Source: Bacteroidales bacterium
GTDB taxonomy: Bacteria; Bacteroidota; Bacteroidia; Bacteroidales; FEN-979
Length of the DNA: 57,737 nucleotides
Assembly (NCBI GenBank): GCA_036796175.1
Contig: DAIRDK010000001.1
Coordinates: forward strand, 1-57,737
Direction: 5' to 3'
Part shown: piece by piece, positions 35,479-44,341 of the stretch
Numbering within the stretch: position 1 is the first letter of the stretch
Layout: each line of letters starts with the position of its first letter
Translations under genes and position numbers: made by a program
Notes under the pieces: generated by a model
The model's input: the letters and a program-made list of their open reading frames with translations, nothing else
What the model was told of the DNA's origin: nothing
The model's database searches: none

Positions 35479-35955
35479 TCAGGCGTCGGACGAAGGGTCG
35501 TGATCAGAAATGGGTTGGCGTTCCTTCCGTTTCCTGCAGATCCCAACCACACCTCTCCAGATGGCCCCGACGATCCCGATGGCGATGCCGGTGACACATA
35601 CGTAGAGGATCGTCACGAAGAGGATCGCCTCGATGATCTCTTCTGTCCTGGTGGGATGGTTGACCTCCCCGGGATCCAGGCGGATGGAGGCAGCAACAGA
35701 GACGGTGATGAAGATCAGGGCGATCAGTGTCGCGCAGGTAACGGAAAGGAGGAGGTAGCTGATCGCATCCCGCCAGGGATGGATAAAGGCGAGGAAGAGA
35801 AAGGCCACGCCGGCATAGAGCAGTGCATCGCTGGACGGCCTGCCTGTAAAGGTCAAGGCGCTTTCGGCGGCGACGATCAACGCGCCCAGGATGAAAAAGC
35901 CCGCTGTAAGCCAGCGGTGCTTTCTGTCAAACAGGGTGATGAAGTGCCTTTTCAT
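35479..35955 (-). CDS. hypothetical 4-TM membrane protein
   Basis: 158 aa with four hydrophobic helices. No motif recognised. Confidence 0.45.
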   Translation of the reverse strand: MKRHFITLFDRKHRWLTAGFFILGALIVAAESALTFTGRPSSDALLYAGVAFLFLAFIHPWRDAISYLLLSVTCATLIALIFITVSVAASIRLDPGEVNHPTRTEEIIEAILFVTILYVCVTGIAIGIVGAIWRGVVGICRKRKERQPISDHDPSSDA

Positions 35956-36121
35956 TGGGAAATTCCTTTTTCTACAAAGATAATCTATCGCGCGCGCGAA
36001 ATCCCGGAGACGGATCGGCGGGAAAGACTGATAATCAGTGCCGCTGGGATTTTTTTTTGCCAGGCTGTAATATTTGGTCGCCCTAATCGTCTATCAAGTC
36101 TAATTCTAAACAACAAAAACC

Positions 36122-37063
36122 ATGAAAACAATCAATAAAAGCCGAATCTTAGCCATACTGATGCTCTTTGCAGCCAGTTCATTTATGTTAACCTCCTGCA
36201 ACAAGGACGACGAAGACAAACCTCAGCCAATGCCTCAGCAGAAGAGCATTGTAGAGATTGCCTCTTCCACTCCCGAATTCTCCATACTGGTCGAAGCCCT
36301 GACTAAGGCCGACCTGGTAAATACGATCAATGCTTCCGACAATCTGACCGTTTTCGCCCCGACCAACAGCGCATTCCAGGCCTTGTTTACCGAGTTGGGC
36401 GTATCCGGTATCAGTGAGATCTCAAAGGAAACCCTTACACCGATCCTCCTGTATCATGTTCTTGGCGCCAAAGTCCCGGCAGCTTCCGTTACCACGGGGT
36501 ACGCATATACTCTCAGTCCCGGCAAGGGTGCAAAAACCCTTGCACTGTATCTGAATACATCAAACGGCGTCAAGATCAACAATTCAGCCCAGGTTACCAC
36601 GGCCGATGTGATGGCAACGAATGGTGTCATTCATGTGATCAACCAGGTTCTCCTTCCGAACTCCGTGGTTGATATCGCCCGGAACAATGGTTCGTTCTCC
36701 ATCCTGGTAGAGGCGCTGGTTAAAGCCGACCTGGTTACCGCGCTGACCGGAACCGGTCCGTTCACCGTCTTTGCCCCAACCAACGATGCATTCAACGCTT
36801 TGTTTGCAACCCTGAACGTGAACGGGATCGCTGACCTAACCAAGGAGCAGCTAACGCCGATCTTACTCTACCATGTTGTTTCAGGGAACGTTCTGTCAAC
36901 TGATCTGACGAGCGGAAATGTCCCTACACTGAACGGCGCCACGCTGGCGATTAACATTACATCGGGAGTAACCCTCAATGGCAGTACCAGCGTGATCCTG
37001 GCCGATGTGCAGGGGACGAACGGTGTGGTCCATGCGATCGATAAGGTTCTGCTTCCCTTATAG
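36122..37063 (+). CDS. fasciclin (FAS1) domain lipoprotein, two FAS1 domains
   Basis: Lipoprotein signal (FMLTSC). The pattern LTVFAPTNSAF...PILLYHV...NGVIHVI occurs twice. Confidence 0.9.
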   Translation: MKTINKSRILAILMLFAASSFMLTSCNKDDEDKPQPMPQQKSIVEIASSTPEFSILVEALTKADLVNTINASDNLTVFAPTNSAFQALFTELGVSGISEISKETLTPILLYHVLGAKVPAASVTTGYAYTLSPGKGAKTLALYLNTSNGVKINNSAQVTTADVMATNGVIHVINQVLLPNSVVDIARNNGSFSILVEALVKADLVTALTGTGPFTVFAPTNDAFNALFATLNVNGIADLTKEQLTPILLYHVVSGNVLSTDLTSGNVPTLNGATLAINITSGVTLNGSTSVILADVQGTNGVVHAIDKVLLPL

Positions 37064-37166
37064 GTTTAACGATAAAGCAAAAAAGCCTCCTCCTGTTCAG
37101 AGGGGGCTTTCTCTTTGTCTCCCCGGAAGGATTACCTGCGGTGATCCGTTAAAAGGTTGTCTTGTC

Positions 37167-37544
37167 CTACTTTTTATCCTTCACCTTTTCCTGCATCGTC
37201 TTTTTTACCGATGTAAAAATCCGGACCTGCTGTTCGATTTCAGAACGAAGAGATTTTGTCGCCGGAGCGTCAATCAATCCAATCCGTAACAGGTATTCAA
37301 GCCAGAACTGGGTTTCATCGGCTTCCTCGACTACAATGCAGATCTTCGATAAAAATTCTGCATTGGAACGGCTTCGGGTTGCAGCCCTGTAGTTTGCCGC
37401 AACCGAGGATGAACTTCTGATAACCTGATTAACACTCGGTCGGGTAATTGCCGGTACATTTTTACCAATAAACAGATCATGGACATCTACCGACATCTTC
37501 AATGTCCTTTCGCGCATCTGCTCATTAAATTGTGCGTTTTCCAT
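37167..37544 (-). CDS. four-helix-bundle protein (23S rRNA IVS / Avd-like family), paralog 2
   Basis: 125 aa, about 50-55% identical to paralog 1 by eye (SSSSVAANYRAATRSRSNAEFLSKICIVVEEADETQFWLEYL). GC is about 38-40%. Confidence 0.85.
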   Translation of the reverse strand: MENAQFNEQMRERTLKMSVDVHDLFIGKNVPAITRPSVNQVIRSSSSVAANYRAATRSRSNAEFLSKICIVVEEADETQFWLEYLLRIGLIDAPATKSLRSEIEQQVRIFTSVKKTMQEKVKDKK

Positions 37545-37665
37545 TTTTCCTGAATTTTTCCCTTAATCAGGAAAACAGGCAAGAGGTAATGCGGCGTGGC
37601 GAAATTTATTCTGCTTCTAAACAAGAAGAGGTAACAGGAATCAGATTTGTGTAAGTGCAAAACGT

Positions 37666-37707
37666 AAACTGCAAGGTGTAAGTTCTTGCACTTTGCACCT
37701 TGCAGTT
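37666..37707 (-). terminator. 13-bp-stem hairpin just 3' of tRNA-Lys
   Basis: AAACTGCAAGGTG (37666-37678) pairs with CACCTTGCAGTTT (37695-37707). On the minus strand it is followed by ACGTTTTG. Confidence 0.5.
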
Positions 37708-37720
37708 TGCATTTGTCTTT

Positions 37721-37793
37721 GTCTCCCCGCCAGGATTCGAACCTGGGACCCATTGATTAAGAGTCAATTGCTCTACCAGCTGAGCTACGGAGA
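37721..37793 (-). tRNA. tRNA-Lys (anticodon CTT)
   Basis: Folded by hand: D-arm GCTC/GAGC, anticodon stem ATTGA/TCAAT with loop CTCTTAA, T-arm CCAGGTTCGAATCCTGG, and acceptor CTCTCCG/CGGGGAG with one G:U pair. Confidence 0.9.
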
Positions 37794-37805
37794 GATTTTG
37801 CGGGT

Positions 37806-37813
37806 GCAAAGGT
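37806..37813 (-). promoter_or_regulatory. TACCTTTG (-7 box) 12 nt upstream of tRNA-Lys
   Basis: The same octamer is found upstream of tRNA-Ala. It matches TAnnTTTG. Confidence 0.35.
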
Positions 37814-37870
37814 AGAGCTTTTTTCTGAATTTTATAAGGTTTCTTAAAAATGGTACATTTGTGGAAGATG

Positions 37871-37892
37871 GCAGGGGGCAGGGAGCAGGGGG
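37871..37892. repeat. three tandem heptamers GCAGGG[GA]
   Basis: Read directly. The same heptamer forms an in-frame array inside holB at 53258. Confidence 0.9.
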
Positions 37893-37915
37893 AATGAAAT
37901 ATTGAAGAGGATTTC

Positions 37916-37943
37916 TGCCGAATGCCGAATGCCGAATACCGGA
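37916..37943. repeat. four tandem heptamers TGCCGAA (last copy TACCGGA)
   Basis: Read directly, 17 nt upstream of the meaB ATG. Confidence 0.9.
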
Positions 37944-37959
37944 AATTCGTCCAACTTTT

Positions 37960-39048
37960 ATGGAAAAAACTAAAAAATCGGCCCTGAATGTCATGAACGG
38001 TGTGGAACAGCCTCCGCAGATCAACGAGGAGCTGGTGAAGAAGATCAAGGTCAGGAAGTCAGGAAGTCAGGAGGTCAGGGAGTTGGTGGAGGGAATCCTG
38101 GCCGGCAACCGGACCGTACTGAGCCAGGCGATCACGCTGGTGGAGAGCTCCCTGAAAACCCACCAGGAAAAAGCGCAGGAGGTGATTGAGGCGTGCCTCA
38201 GGACGGCAGACGGCAGACGGCAGTCGGCATCCGGCATCCGGATCGGCATCACCGGGGTTCCGGGGGTTGGGAAAAGCACGTTCATCGAAGCCTTCGGCAA
38301 ATACCTCACCTCCCAGGGACACAAGTTGGCCGTATTGGCGATCGATCCCAGCAGCTCCAAATCAAAAGGAAGCATCCTGGGCGACAAAACACGGATGGAG
38401 GAACTGGCCGTCGATCCCAACGCCTTCATCCGGCCTTCGCCGTCGGCCGGCTCGCTGGGCGGGGTGGCGCGAAAGACACGCGAAACGGTCATCCTCTGCG
38501 AAGCCGCCGGGTTTGACGTGATCATCATTGAAACGGTCGGCGTGGGGCAGTCGGAAACCGCCGTTCACAGCATGGTCGACTTCTTCCTCCTGCTGATGCT
38601 GGCAGGTGCCGGCGACGAGCTGCAGGGTATCAAGCGGGGGATCATCGAGATGGCCGATGCGATCGTCGTCAATAAAGCCGACGGCGACAACCTGGAGAAA
38701 GCCAAACGCGCCGCCGCGGAGTACCGCAGCGCCCTTCACCTCTTTACGCCCCCGGAGACCGGCTGGTCGCCCGTTGTGGATATCTGTTCGTCGTTGACAC
38801 GCGAAGGGATCCCGCAGGTATGGAAGATCATCACGGATCATGCTGAGATGACCCGGGCCAACGGCTATTTCCTGAAACACCGCCGGCTGCAGGAGGAACA
38901 GGTGCTGTATGAAACCATCAACGAGGCCCTGAAACACCGGTTCTACGGGCGCAAGGACGTTCAGCAGCAGGTGCACCGGTTCGCCCGCGAGATTGCCGAA
39001 GGACGCATGAACCCGTATGTGGCGGCAGGGAAAATGCTGGAGATGTAA
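37960..39048 (+). CDS. meaB: methylmalonyl-CoA-mutase-associated G3E GTPase MeaB/ArgK
   Basis: P-loop GITGVPGVGKSTFIEAFG, LAIDPSS, ETVGVGQSE, and VNKADGD. Confidence 0.9.
   Translation: MEKTKKSALNVMNGVEQPPQINEELVKKIKVRKSGSQEVRELVEGILAGNRTVLSQAITLVESSLKTHQEKAQEVIEACLRTADGRRQSASGIRIGITGVPGVGKSTFIEAFGKYLTSQGHKLAVLAIDPSSSKSKGSILGDKTRMEELAVDPNAFIRPSPSAGSLGGVARKTRETVILCEAAGFDVIIIETVGVGQSETAVHSMVDFFLLLMLAGAGDELQGIKRGIIEMADAIVVNKADGDNLEKAKRAAAEYRSALHLFTPPETGWSPVVDICSSLTREGIPQVWKIITDHAEMTRANGYFLKHRRLQEEQVLYETINEALKHRFYGRKDVQQQVHRFAREIAEGRMNPYVAAGKMLEM
38050..38081. repeat. four tandem octamers GTCAGG[AG][AG] inside meaB
   Basis: Read directly. Encodes VRKSGSQEVRE in the non-conserved N-terminal extension. 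Confidence 0.9.
38199..38250. repeat. about seven tandem heptamers (CAGACGG grading to CATCCGG) inside meaB
   Basis: Read directly. Encodes ADGRRQSASGIRIGI and runs into the conserved strand just before the P-loop. Confidence 0.9.
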
Positions 39049-39060
39049 ATCCTTACAAAA

Positions 39061-39105
39061 CCACCCCCCTGCCCCCCTCCTTTCCAAGGAGGGGGTGGGG
39101 AGAGG
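39061..39105. terminator. G/C-rich hairpin between convergent meaB and terC
   Basis: CCCCTCCTT tcc AAGGAGGGG with flanking C- and G-runs. No U-tract. Confidence 0.4.
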
Positions 39106-39110
39106 TAAAT

Positions 39111-40202
39111 CTAGATAATATTCACCTCCGGCGGCTGCTTCTTCCCCGGCCAGAGCAGTGATGCGACCACGCCGGTGGCGAGAATGCCGATGATGATGAT
39201 CAGCGATAGGTTGGTGGAAAAGAGGTGTTCGACGAACATCGCCGACCGCATCTTGAGTCCCACAAACATAAGCAGTACGGCCAGGGCGGCTTTCAGGAAC
39301 CGCAGACCCATGAAGTTCATCACGAGGAAGAACAGCGACCGCAAGCCCAGGATCGCAAAGATGTTCGAGAAGAACACAATGAACGGATCCCGCGTCACGG
39401 AAAAGACCGCCGGAACGGAGTCCACCGCGAAGACCACATCCGAGAATTCAACCAGCACCAGGACGATGAACAGGGGTGTGATAAAGAGTTTGCCCCCTTC
39501 CCGCACCCAGAATTTATCTCCCTTGTCTTCCTTCGCGACCAGAAACACTTTTGACAGCCATTTCACGATGAAATGATCGTGCGGGTCTTTCTTTTCCACC
39601 TGCCTGTGTCTGATCCCTTCCTTGTAAAACTCCCAGGCCATGTGTAATCCGACATAAACCAGCAGACCCCCGAAGAGATACAGGATCCATTCGAACCGCT
39701 GGATGAGGGCGCTGGCGAGAAAGATGAAGAGGAACCGCATCACCACGGCACCCAGGATCCCCCAGAACAGGATGCGGTGATAGTATTTCTTTTTGATCCC
39801 GAACGAGAGAAAGATCATGATGATGACGAAGATGTTGTCGACCGACAGGGAGTATTCGATCAGGTAACCGGTGAGGTATTCAAGCGACAGGTTTTTATTG
39901 TACTTCGACAGCGCCTCTTCGAAGGACATGTCGTCGGTGATCTTGACCGGGTGCTTGTACAGAGCGATCTTCTCCTTCACCTGGTCGGTGTCCCGCAAGT
40001 CGTGAAGGGTGTGCCCATAGAAGCGAAGAAACAGGAAAAAGATCAGTGAGAGCGTCACCCAGCCGATGGTCCAGGTGAGGGCTTCCCGGTATTTCACCTC
40101 GTGGCTTTTGCGGTTGAAGACCCCGAGGTCGAGAGCCAGGAGCAGGCCGATTCCCAGGATAAATCCTCCAAAGAAGAAAAATTCGTGCAAGGTCATGTTC
40201 AT
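39111..40202 (-). CDS. terC: TerC/Alx-family integral membrane protein
   Basis: Start taken at MNMTLHEFFFF. TerC motifs EYSLSVDNIFV and EFSDVVFAVDSVPAVF. Confidence 0.85.
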   Translation of the reverse strand: MNMTLHEFFFFGGFILGIGLLLALDLGVFNRKSHEVKYREALTWTIGWVTLSLIFFLFLRFYGHTLHDLRDTDQVKEKIALYKHPVKITDDMSFEEALSKYNKNLSLEYLTGYLIEYSLSVDNIFVIIMIFLSFGIKKKYYHRILFWGILGAVVMRFLFIFLASALIQRFEWILYLFGGLLVYVGLHMAWEFYKEGIRHRQVEKKDPHDHFIVKWLSKVFLVAKEDKGDKFWVREGGKLFITPLFIVLVLVEFSDVVFAVDSVPAVFSVTRDPFIVFFSNIFAILGLRSLFFLVMNFMGLRFLKAALAVLLMFVGLKMRSAMFVEHLFSTNLSLIIIIGILATGVVASLLWPGKKQPPEVNII

Positions 40203-40279
40203 GGGACGGTCATTTAGGCGGTCAAAAATAAGAAAAATTGTTACTTTTGTGGCCCTTCCAACCAACTGAACAGTTAGCC

Positions 40280-41785
40280 ATGAACGAAGCCTTATCCCTG
40301 AACCCGAACCCGCTGATCCGGTATCTCGACAAACCCTCTGAAGATTTTACCAAAACCGACCTGATCCGTTTCATTGAAGCAAACGGCATCCGCATGCTGA
40401 ATTTCCGTTACGCTGGAGCCGACGGCCGACTGAAGACCCTGAACTTCATCCTGAAAAGCCGCAACCAGCTCGACAACATGCTCAGCGCCGGCGAACGGGT
40501 GGACGGGTCCAGCCTGTTCCCGCATTATGTAGAGGCCGGTTCGTCTGACCTGTATGTCATCCCCCGCTTCCGTACAGCATTTGTGAACCCGTTCACCGAG
40601 ATCCCTACGCTCGATATCCTTTGCTCCTATTACGATAAAGACGGACTGCCATTTTCAAGCTCCCCGGAATATATCCTTAAAAAAGCGCACCAGGAGCTGA
40701 AAGCCAGCACCGGTATGGAATTTTACACCATGGGAGAGCTGGAATATTATGTCATCAGCGAAAAAGATCCGTTATATGAAGCCGCCGACCAGCGCGGGTA
40801 TCACGAATCGGCTCCTTTCTGCAAATGGGAAAAGCTGAGGACCGAAGCCATGGAAGCGATCGCGCGATGCGGCGGGACGATCAAGTACGGTCATTCCGAG
40901 GTGGGAAATTTCACCGAAGCCGGGCTTCTCTTCGAACAGAACGAGATCGAATTCCTTCCGGTCCGTGTGGAAGAGGCTGCCGAGCATCTGCTCATCGCGA
41001 AATGGGTGCTGAGATCCCTGGCTTACAAGCACGGGGTATCCATCACCTTCGCGCCCAAGATCACGACCGGGAAAGCCGGGAGCGGCATGCATATCCATAC
41101 GCGGCTGGTGAAAGAAGGAAAGAACATGATGGTGAGCGGGGGAAAACTATCCGATACGGCCAAAAAGGCCATCGCCGGGTACCTGGATCTCGCCCAGTCC
41201 CTGACCGCTTTCGGGAATATGATCCCCACCTCCTATTTCCGGCTGGTACCGCACCAGGAGGCCCCGACCAACATCTGCTGGGGCGACCGCAACCGCTCGG
41301 TGCTGGTACGTGTTCCGCTGGGATGGAACGCAGGATACAAGATGTTTACCGATGCCAACCCGCTGGAGCAGGAACCCAAGAAAGACTTCCACAGCCGGCA
41401 GACCGTTGAGTTCCGCTGCCCCGACGGCTCGGCCGATGTCTATCTACTCTTGGCCGGACTTACCGTCGCCGCACGCCACGGGCTCGAAATGAAGAACGCG
41501 CTCAGCTTTGCCCAGCAAACCTACGTAGATGTCAACATCTTCGAAGAAAAACACACACACCGGGTGAAAGAACTGCAACAACTGCCCGTGTCGTGCTGGC
41601 AATCGGCCGACTACCTCGAGAAACAGCGTGCCGTCTATGAAGCAGGAAATGTCTTTCCCCCCGTTATCATCGATGGCATCATCCGCAGGCTTAAATCATA
41701 CAATGACCAACACCTTCGTGAACAGATCAAGGATAATGAGAAGGAGATCATGAAGCTGGTTAACAATTACTTGCATTGCGGATAA
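40280..41785 (+). CDS. glutamine synthetase family protein (about 500 aa)
   Basis: Start taken at MNEALSL. It has a beta-grasp N-terminal domain and a catalytic domain (KYGHSEVG, FAPKITTGKAGSGMHIH, NRSVLVRVP). Confidence 0.85.
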   Translation: MNEALSLNPNPLIRYLDKPSEDFTKTDLIRFIEANGIRMLNFRYAGADGRLKTLNFILKSRNQLDNMLSAGERVDGSSLFPHYVEAGSSDLYVIPRFRTAFVNPFTEIPTLDILCSYYDKDGLPFSSSPEYILKKAHQELKASTGMEFYTMGELEYYVISEKDPLYEAADQRGYHESAPFCKWEKLRTEAMEAIARCGGTIKYGHSEVGNFTEAGLLFEQNEIEFLPVRVEEAAEHLLIAKWVLRSLAYKHGVSITFAPKITTGKAGSGMHIHTRLVKEGKNMMVSGGKLSDTAKKAIAGYLDLAQSLTAFGNMIPTSYFRLVPHQEAPTNICWGDRNRSVLVRVPLGWNAGYKMFTDANPLEQEPKKDFHSRQTVEFRCPDGSADVYLLLAGLTVAARHGLEMKNALSFAQQTYVDVNIFEEKHTHRVKELQQLPVSCWQSADYLEKQRAVYEAGNVFPPVIIDGIIRRLKSYNDQHLREQIKDNEKEIMKLVNNYLHCG

Positions 41786-41919
41786 TGCCATAATGTCTTG
41801 ATATTTAATACGAAAGCTGCCATTTTGTCTGAAAAAATCATCCTTTTCCCGCTGGCATGGAAGTTGAATCATGCTGTCCGGTAAAACAAAGTTGAATTTA
41901 AGAATAGGAGGAACAAATT

Positions 41920-42345
41920 ATGACACTCATTAGATGGCACAACCGGAATCCGCTGGCCGATATGGTCAACAATTTCTTTGATAACGATTTGTCCGATTTC
42001 TTCGGCAAGAGGATCAGCGATCCTGCAGCCAACATTTTGGAAAACCCCGATTCGTTCGAGCTGCACATCGCTGCTCCCGGGATGAAGAAAGACGACTTCA
42101 AGATCAATCTTGAGAACAGCATCCTGACAATTTCCGTTGAAATGGAAGATGCCAGGAACGAAGAAAGCAAGAACTACACGCGCAAGGAATTCTACTTCGG
42201 ATCGTTCAGCCGCTCGTTCACCCTGCCGAAAACGATTGATCTCGACAAGATCAAAGCCGATTATGAGAACGGCATCCTGAAGGTGATGCTTCCGAAGAAG
42301 GAAGAAGCCAAAGTGGAACTGAAGAAAGAAATCAAGATCGGATGA
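41920..42345 (+). CDS. Hsp20/alpha-crystallin small heat-shock protein
   Basis: Alpha-crystallin domain (FELHIAAPGMKKDDFKI...FSRSFTLPKTID...YENGILKVMLPK). An AGGAGG lies 8 nt upstream of the ATG. Confidence 0.9.
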   Translation: MTLIRWHNRNPLADMVNNFFDNDLSDFFGKRISDPAANILENPDSFELHIAAPGMKKDDFKINLENSILTISVEMEDARNEESKNYTRKEFYFGSFSRSFTLPKTIDLDKIKADYENGILKVMLPKKEEAKVELKKEIKIG

Positions 42346-43259
42346 CACAAATCCAGAGGGCTCACCTCTCCCTGCTTGGCACCACGCTGATCTTCGGTCT
42401 GCATTATGCCATCGCAAAGAGCCTGATGCCCCACTTCCTGACCCCCATGCAACTGATATTTCTCAGGCTGCTTGGGGGTCTGGTTCTTTTCTGGAGCTTC
42501 CAGAAACTGTTTGTACATGAGAAAGTGGACCGCAGGGACCTGTTCAAACTGGCCATCTGCGGGGCACTCGGGTTTGCCCTTAACCAATCCCTGTTCTATG
42601 AAGGGCTCAACATCACCACCCCGTTCGACGCCTCGGTCATCCATGTGCTGAATCCCATCCTGGTCATGATCTTTGCCTTCCTGATCATCGGGGAGAAGAT
42701 CACCTCCACAAAAGTCATCGGGATCGCACTGGGGGCATCGGGGGCCCTGCTGCTGATCCTGTTCGGCAGGAAAGCCGGATCAGGCGACCATTCAGCTGTC
42801 GGCAACCTGCTGGTCTTATTGAACATGGTATTCTATGCGCTCTACCTTGTCGTGCTGAAACCCCTCACCCTGAAATACCACACCTCGACCATCCTCAAAT
42901 GGGTGTCGCTGTTCGGGTTCCTGTTCGTCCTTCCCTTCTCCATCCGGCCGGTCATGAACCTGCATTTCGGGCATTTCACGCCTTATGCCTGGGCTGCCCT
43001 TGGATTCATCATCCTGTTCTGCACCTTCCTGGCCTACCTGTTCATCAACTTCGCCCTGAAACGGGTATCTCCCAGCGTGGTCAGCTATTACAACTACCTT
43101 CAGCCCATGATCGCCGCAGTCAGTTCCGTATCGATCGGTGAAGAACGGATCACCTGGATCAAGATCCTTGCCGCCATGCTGATCTTTTCCGGGGTATACG
43201 TGGTTACCAGGCAGAAGAAGACAGGGATGAGCTCAGAACAGGTGCCGGAAGGGAAGTAA
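42342..43259 (+). CDS. DMT-superfamily (EamA) transporter
   Basis: 305 aa with 10 TM-like helices in two EamA-like halves. Overlaps the hsp20 stop by 4 nt. Confidence 0.85.
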   Translation: MTQIQRAHLSLLGTTLIFGLHYAIAKSLMPHFLTPMQLIFLRLLGGLVLFWSFQKLFVHEKVDRRDLFKLAICGALGFALNQSLFYEGLNITTPFDASVIHVLNPILVMIFAFLIIGEKITSTKVIGIALGASGALLLILFGRKAGSGDHSAVGNLLVLLNMVFYALYLVVLKPLTLKYHTSTILKWVSLFGFLFVLPFSIRPVMNLHFGHFTPYAWAALGFIILFCTFLAYLFINFALKRVSPSVVSYYNYLQPMIAAVSSVSIGEERITWIKILAAMLIFSGVYVVTRQKKTGMSSEQVPEGK

Positions 43260-44297
43260 TGTCCATTCAAAGATCTTCTCAATCAGCGGACGGTTCAGCC
43301 ATCGGTCATGGTTGAACTCCTCGGAACTGGCAAGGGTTTCCCGCACATGGAACTGCAGCTGGCGAAGGACTTCGGGGTCCTGGCCGATCAGCGAGATCTC
43401 GTACTGGTACCGGAAACTGCGGTAATCGAAATTGGCCGAGGAGATGGCGAACGTCCGGTTGTCGATCATCAGCAGTTTCGCGTGCAGGTTATAAGGCGAG
43501 TAAAAGAGCAGCTTCACGTTGTTCTTGTAATACATCCCGAAGTATTTGTTCCGGAGCAGGTCCACCATCCTGACATCGGAGTGCTTGGGCATGATCACGT
43601 TCACATCCACGCCCCGTTTCCCGGCATCCATCAGTGCTTTCCTCAGCAGATACCCGGGAAGGAAATAGGGTGTTTCGATCACGATGCTGCTCTTCGCCGA
43701 CCGGATCATCTGCGTGAACCGTTTCTTATTCCGCTGGAGCTGGATAGAGGGTACGTCGCGGACAATCTCGAAGTCGCCGAATCGCATGGTGCGGCTGTAG
43801 TTGATCTTGGTCGTGATGTTATAGGGATTGAACGACTCGAAGTTCTGCTCGAACACCTTCCGGAACGTGGGAGCGATCTCTCCTTTCATGCGCAGTTCCA
43901 GTTCCCTCCAGTTGAGGTTGTAGCCGGTGATATTCGCCGAACCGATGTATGCGATCTCGTCGTCGATCACCACGATCTTGCGGTGGTCGCGCCGGTGGCC
44001 GCGGGTGAAGATATCGGTGTTGATCTTGATCTTCTCGAAGAATTTCACTTCGCCGCCATACCGGATCATCTCCTCGAAAAACGTCTCCGAGATGGGGCCC
44101 TTCCCCCAGGAATCGATCATCAGCCTGACCTTCACCCCCGCTTTGGCCCGGCGGGTCAGCGCGTCGCGGAAGCGTTCCCCCAGGTGGTCATTGGCAAACT
44201 TGTACGTCTCGATGAAAATGTACGAGCGGGCATTGCTGATGTCGTTCAGCATGAGGTTGTACATCTTCAGGGTATCGTCAATGACCAGGAAATCCAT
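43233..44297 (-). CDS. phospholipase D / cardiolipin-synthase-like protein, two HKD motifs, no TM
   Basis: HRKIVVIDDEIAYIGSANI and LHAKLLMIDNRTFAISSANFD. Confidence 0.8.
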   Translation of the reverse strand: MDFLVIDDTLKMYNLMLNDISNARSYIFIETYKFANDHLGERFRDALTRRAKAGVKVRLMIDSWGKGPISETFFEEMIRYGGEVKFFEKIKINTDIFTRGHRRDHRKIVVIDDEIAYIGSANITGYNLNWRELELRMKGEIAPTFRKVFEQNFESFNPYNITTKINYSRTMRFGDFEIVRDVPSIQLQRNKKRFTQMIRSAKSSIVIETPYFLPGYLLRKALMDAGKRGVDVNVIMPKHSDVRMVDLLRNKYFGMYYKNNVKLLFYSPYNLHAKLLMIDNRTFAISSANFDYRSFRYQYEISLIGQDPEVLRQLQFHVRETLASSEEFNHDRWLNRPLIEKIFEWTLLPFRHLF

Positions 44298-44341
44298 AGC
44301 GTAAAATTAATATTTTGTAGTTTTGTTACAAATTGGTTCTT

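Noticed and set aside
31667-37544. A diversity-generating retroelement, suggested by the Avd-like four-helix-bundle genes.
   Set aside because: No reverse-transcriptase ORF is present, and I could find no template/variable repeat pair in the window.
30851-37793. A classical integrative island at tRNA-Lys.
   Set aside because: No integrase, recombinase, excisionase or transposase ORF is present, and I saw no duplicated tRNA 3' segment. Only the weaker statement of accessory, repeat-rich, partly low-GC DNA is kept as a finding.
40203-40279. A yybP-ykoY (Mn2+) riboswitch, expected upstream of a TerC/Alx gene.
   Set aside because: The divergent spacer is only about 77 nt and lacks the conserved GGGGAGUAG-type core.
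41853-41869. A sigma-54-like promoter TGGCATG-N4-TTGAA upstream of hsp20.
   Set aside because: The -24 GG is present, but the critical -12 GC is GA. No enhancer-binding protein is nearby, so the match is too weak to call.
43233-44297. A PLD-family protein acting as a defence nuclease.
   Set aside because: The two-HKD architecture and size fit a ClsB-type cardiolipin/phospholipid synthase. The neighbours are housekeeping genes (DMT transporter, yicC, gmk), with no partner genes typical of defence systems.
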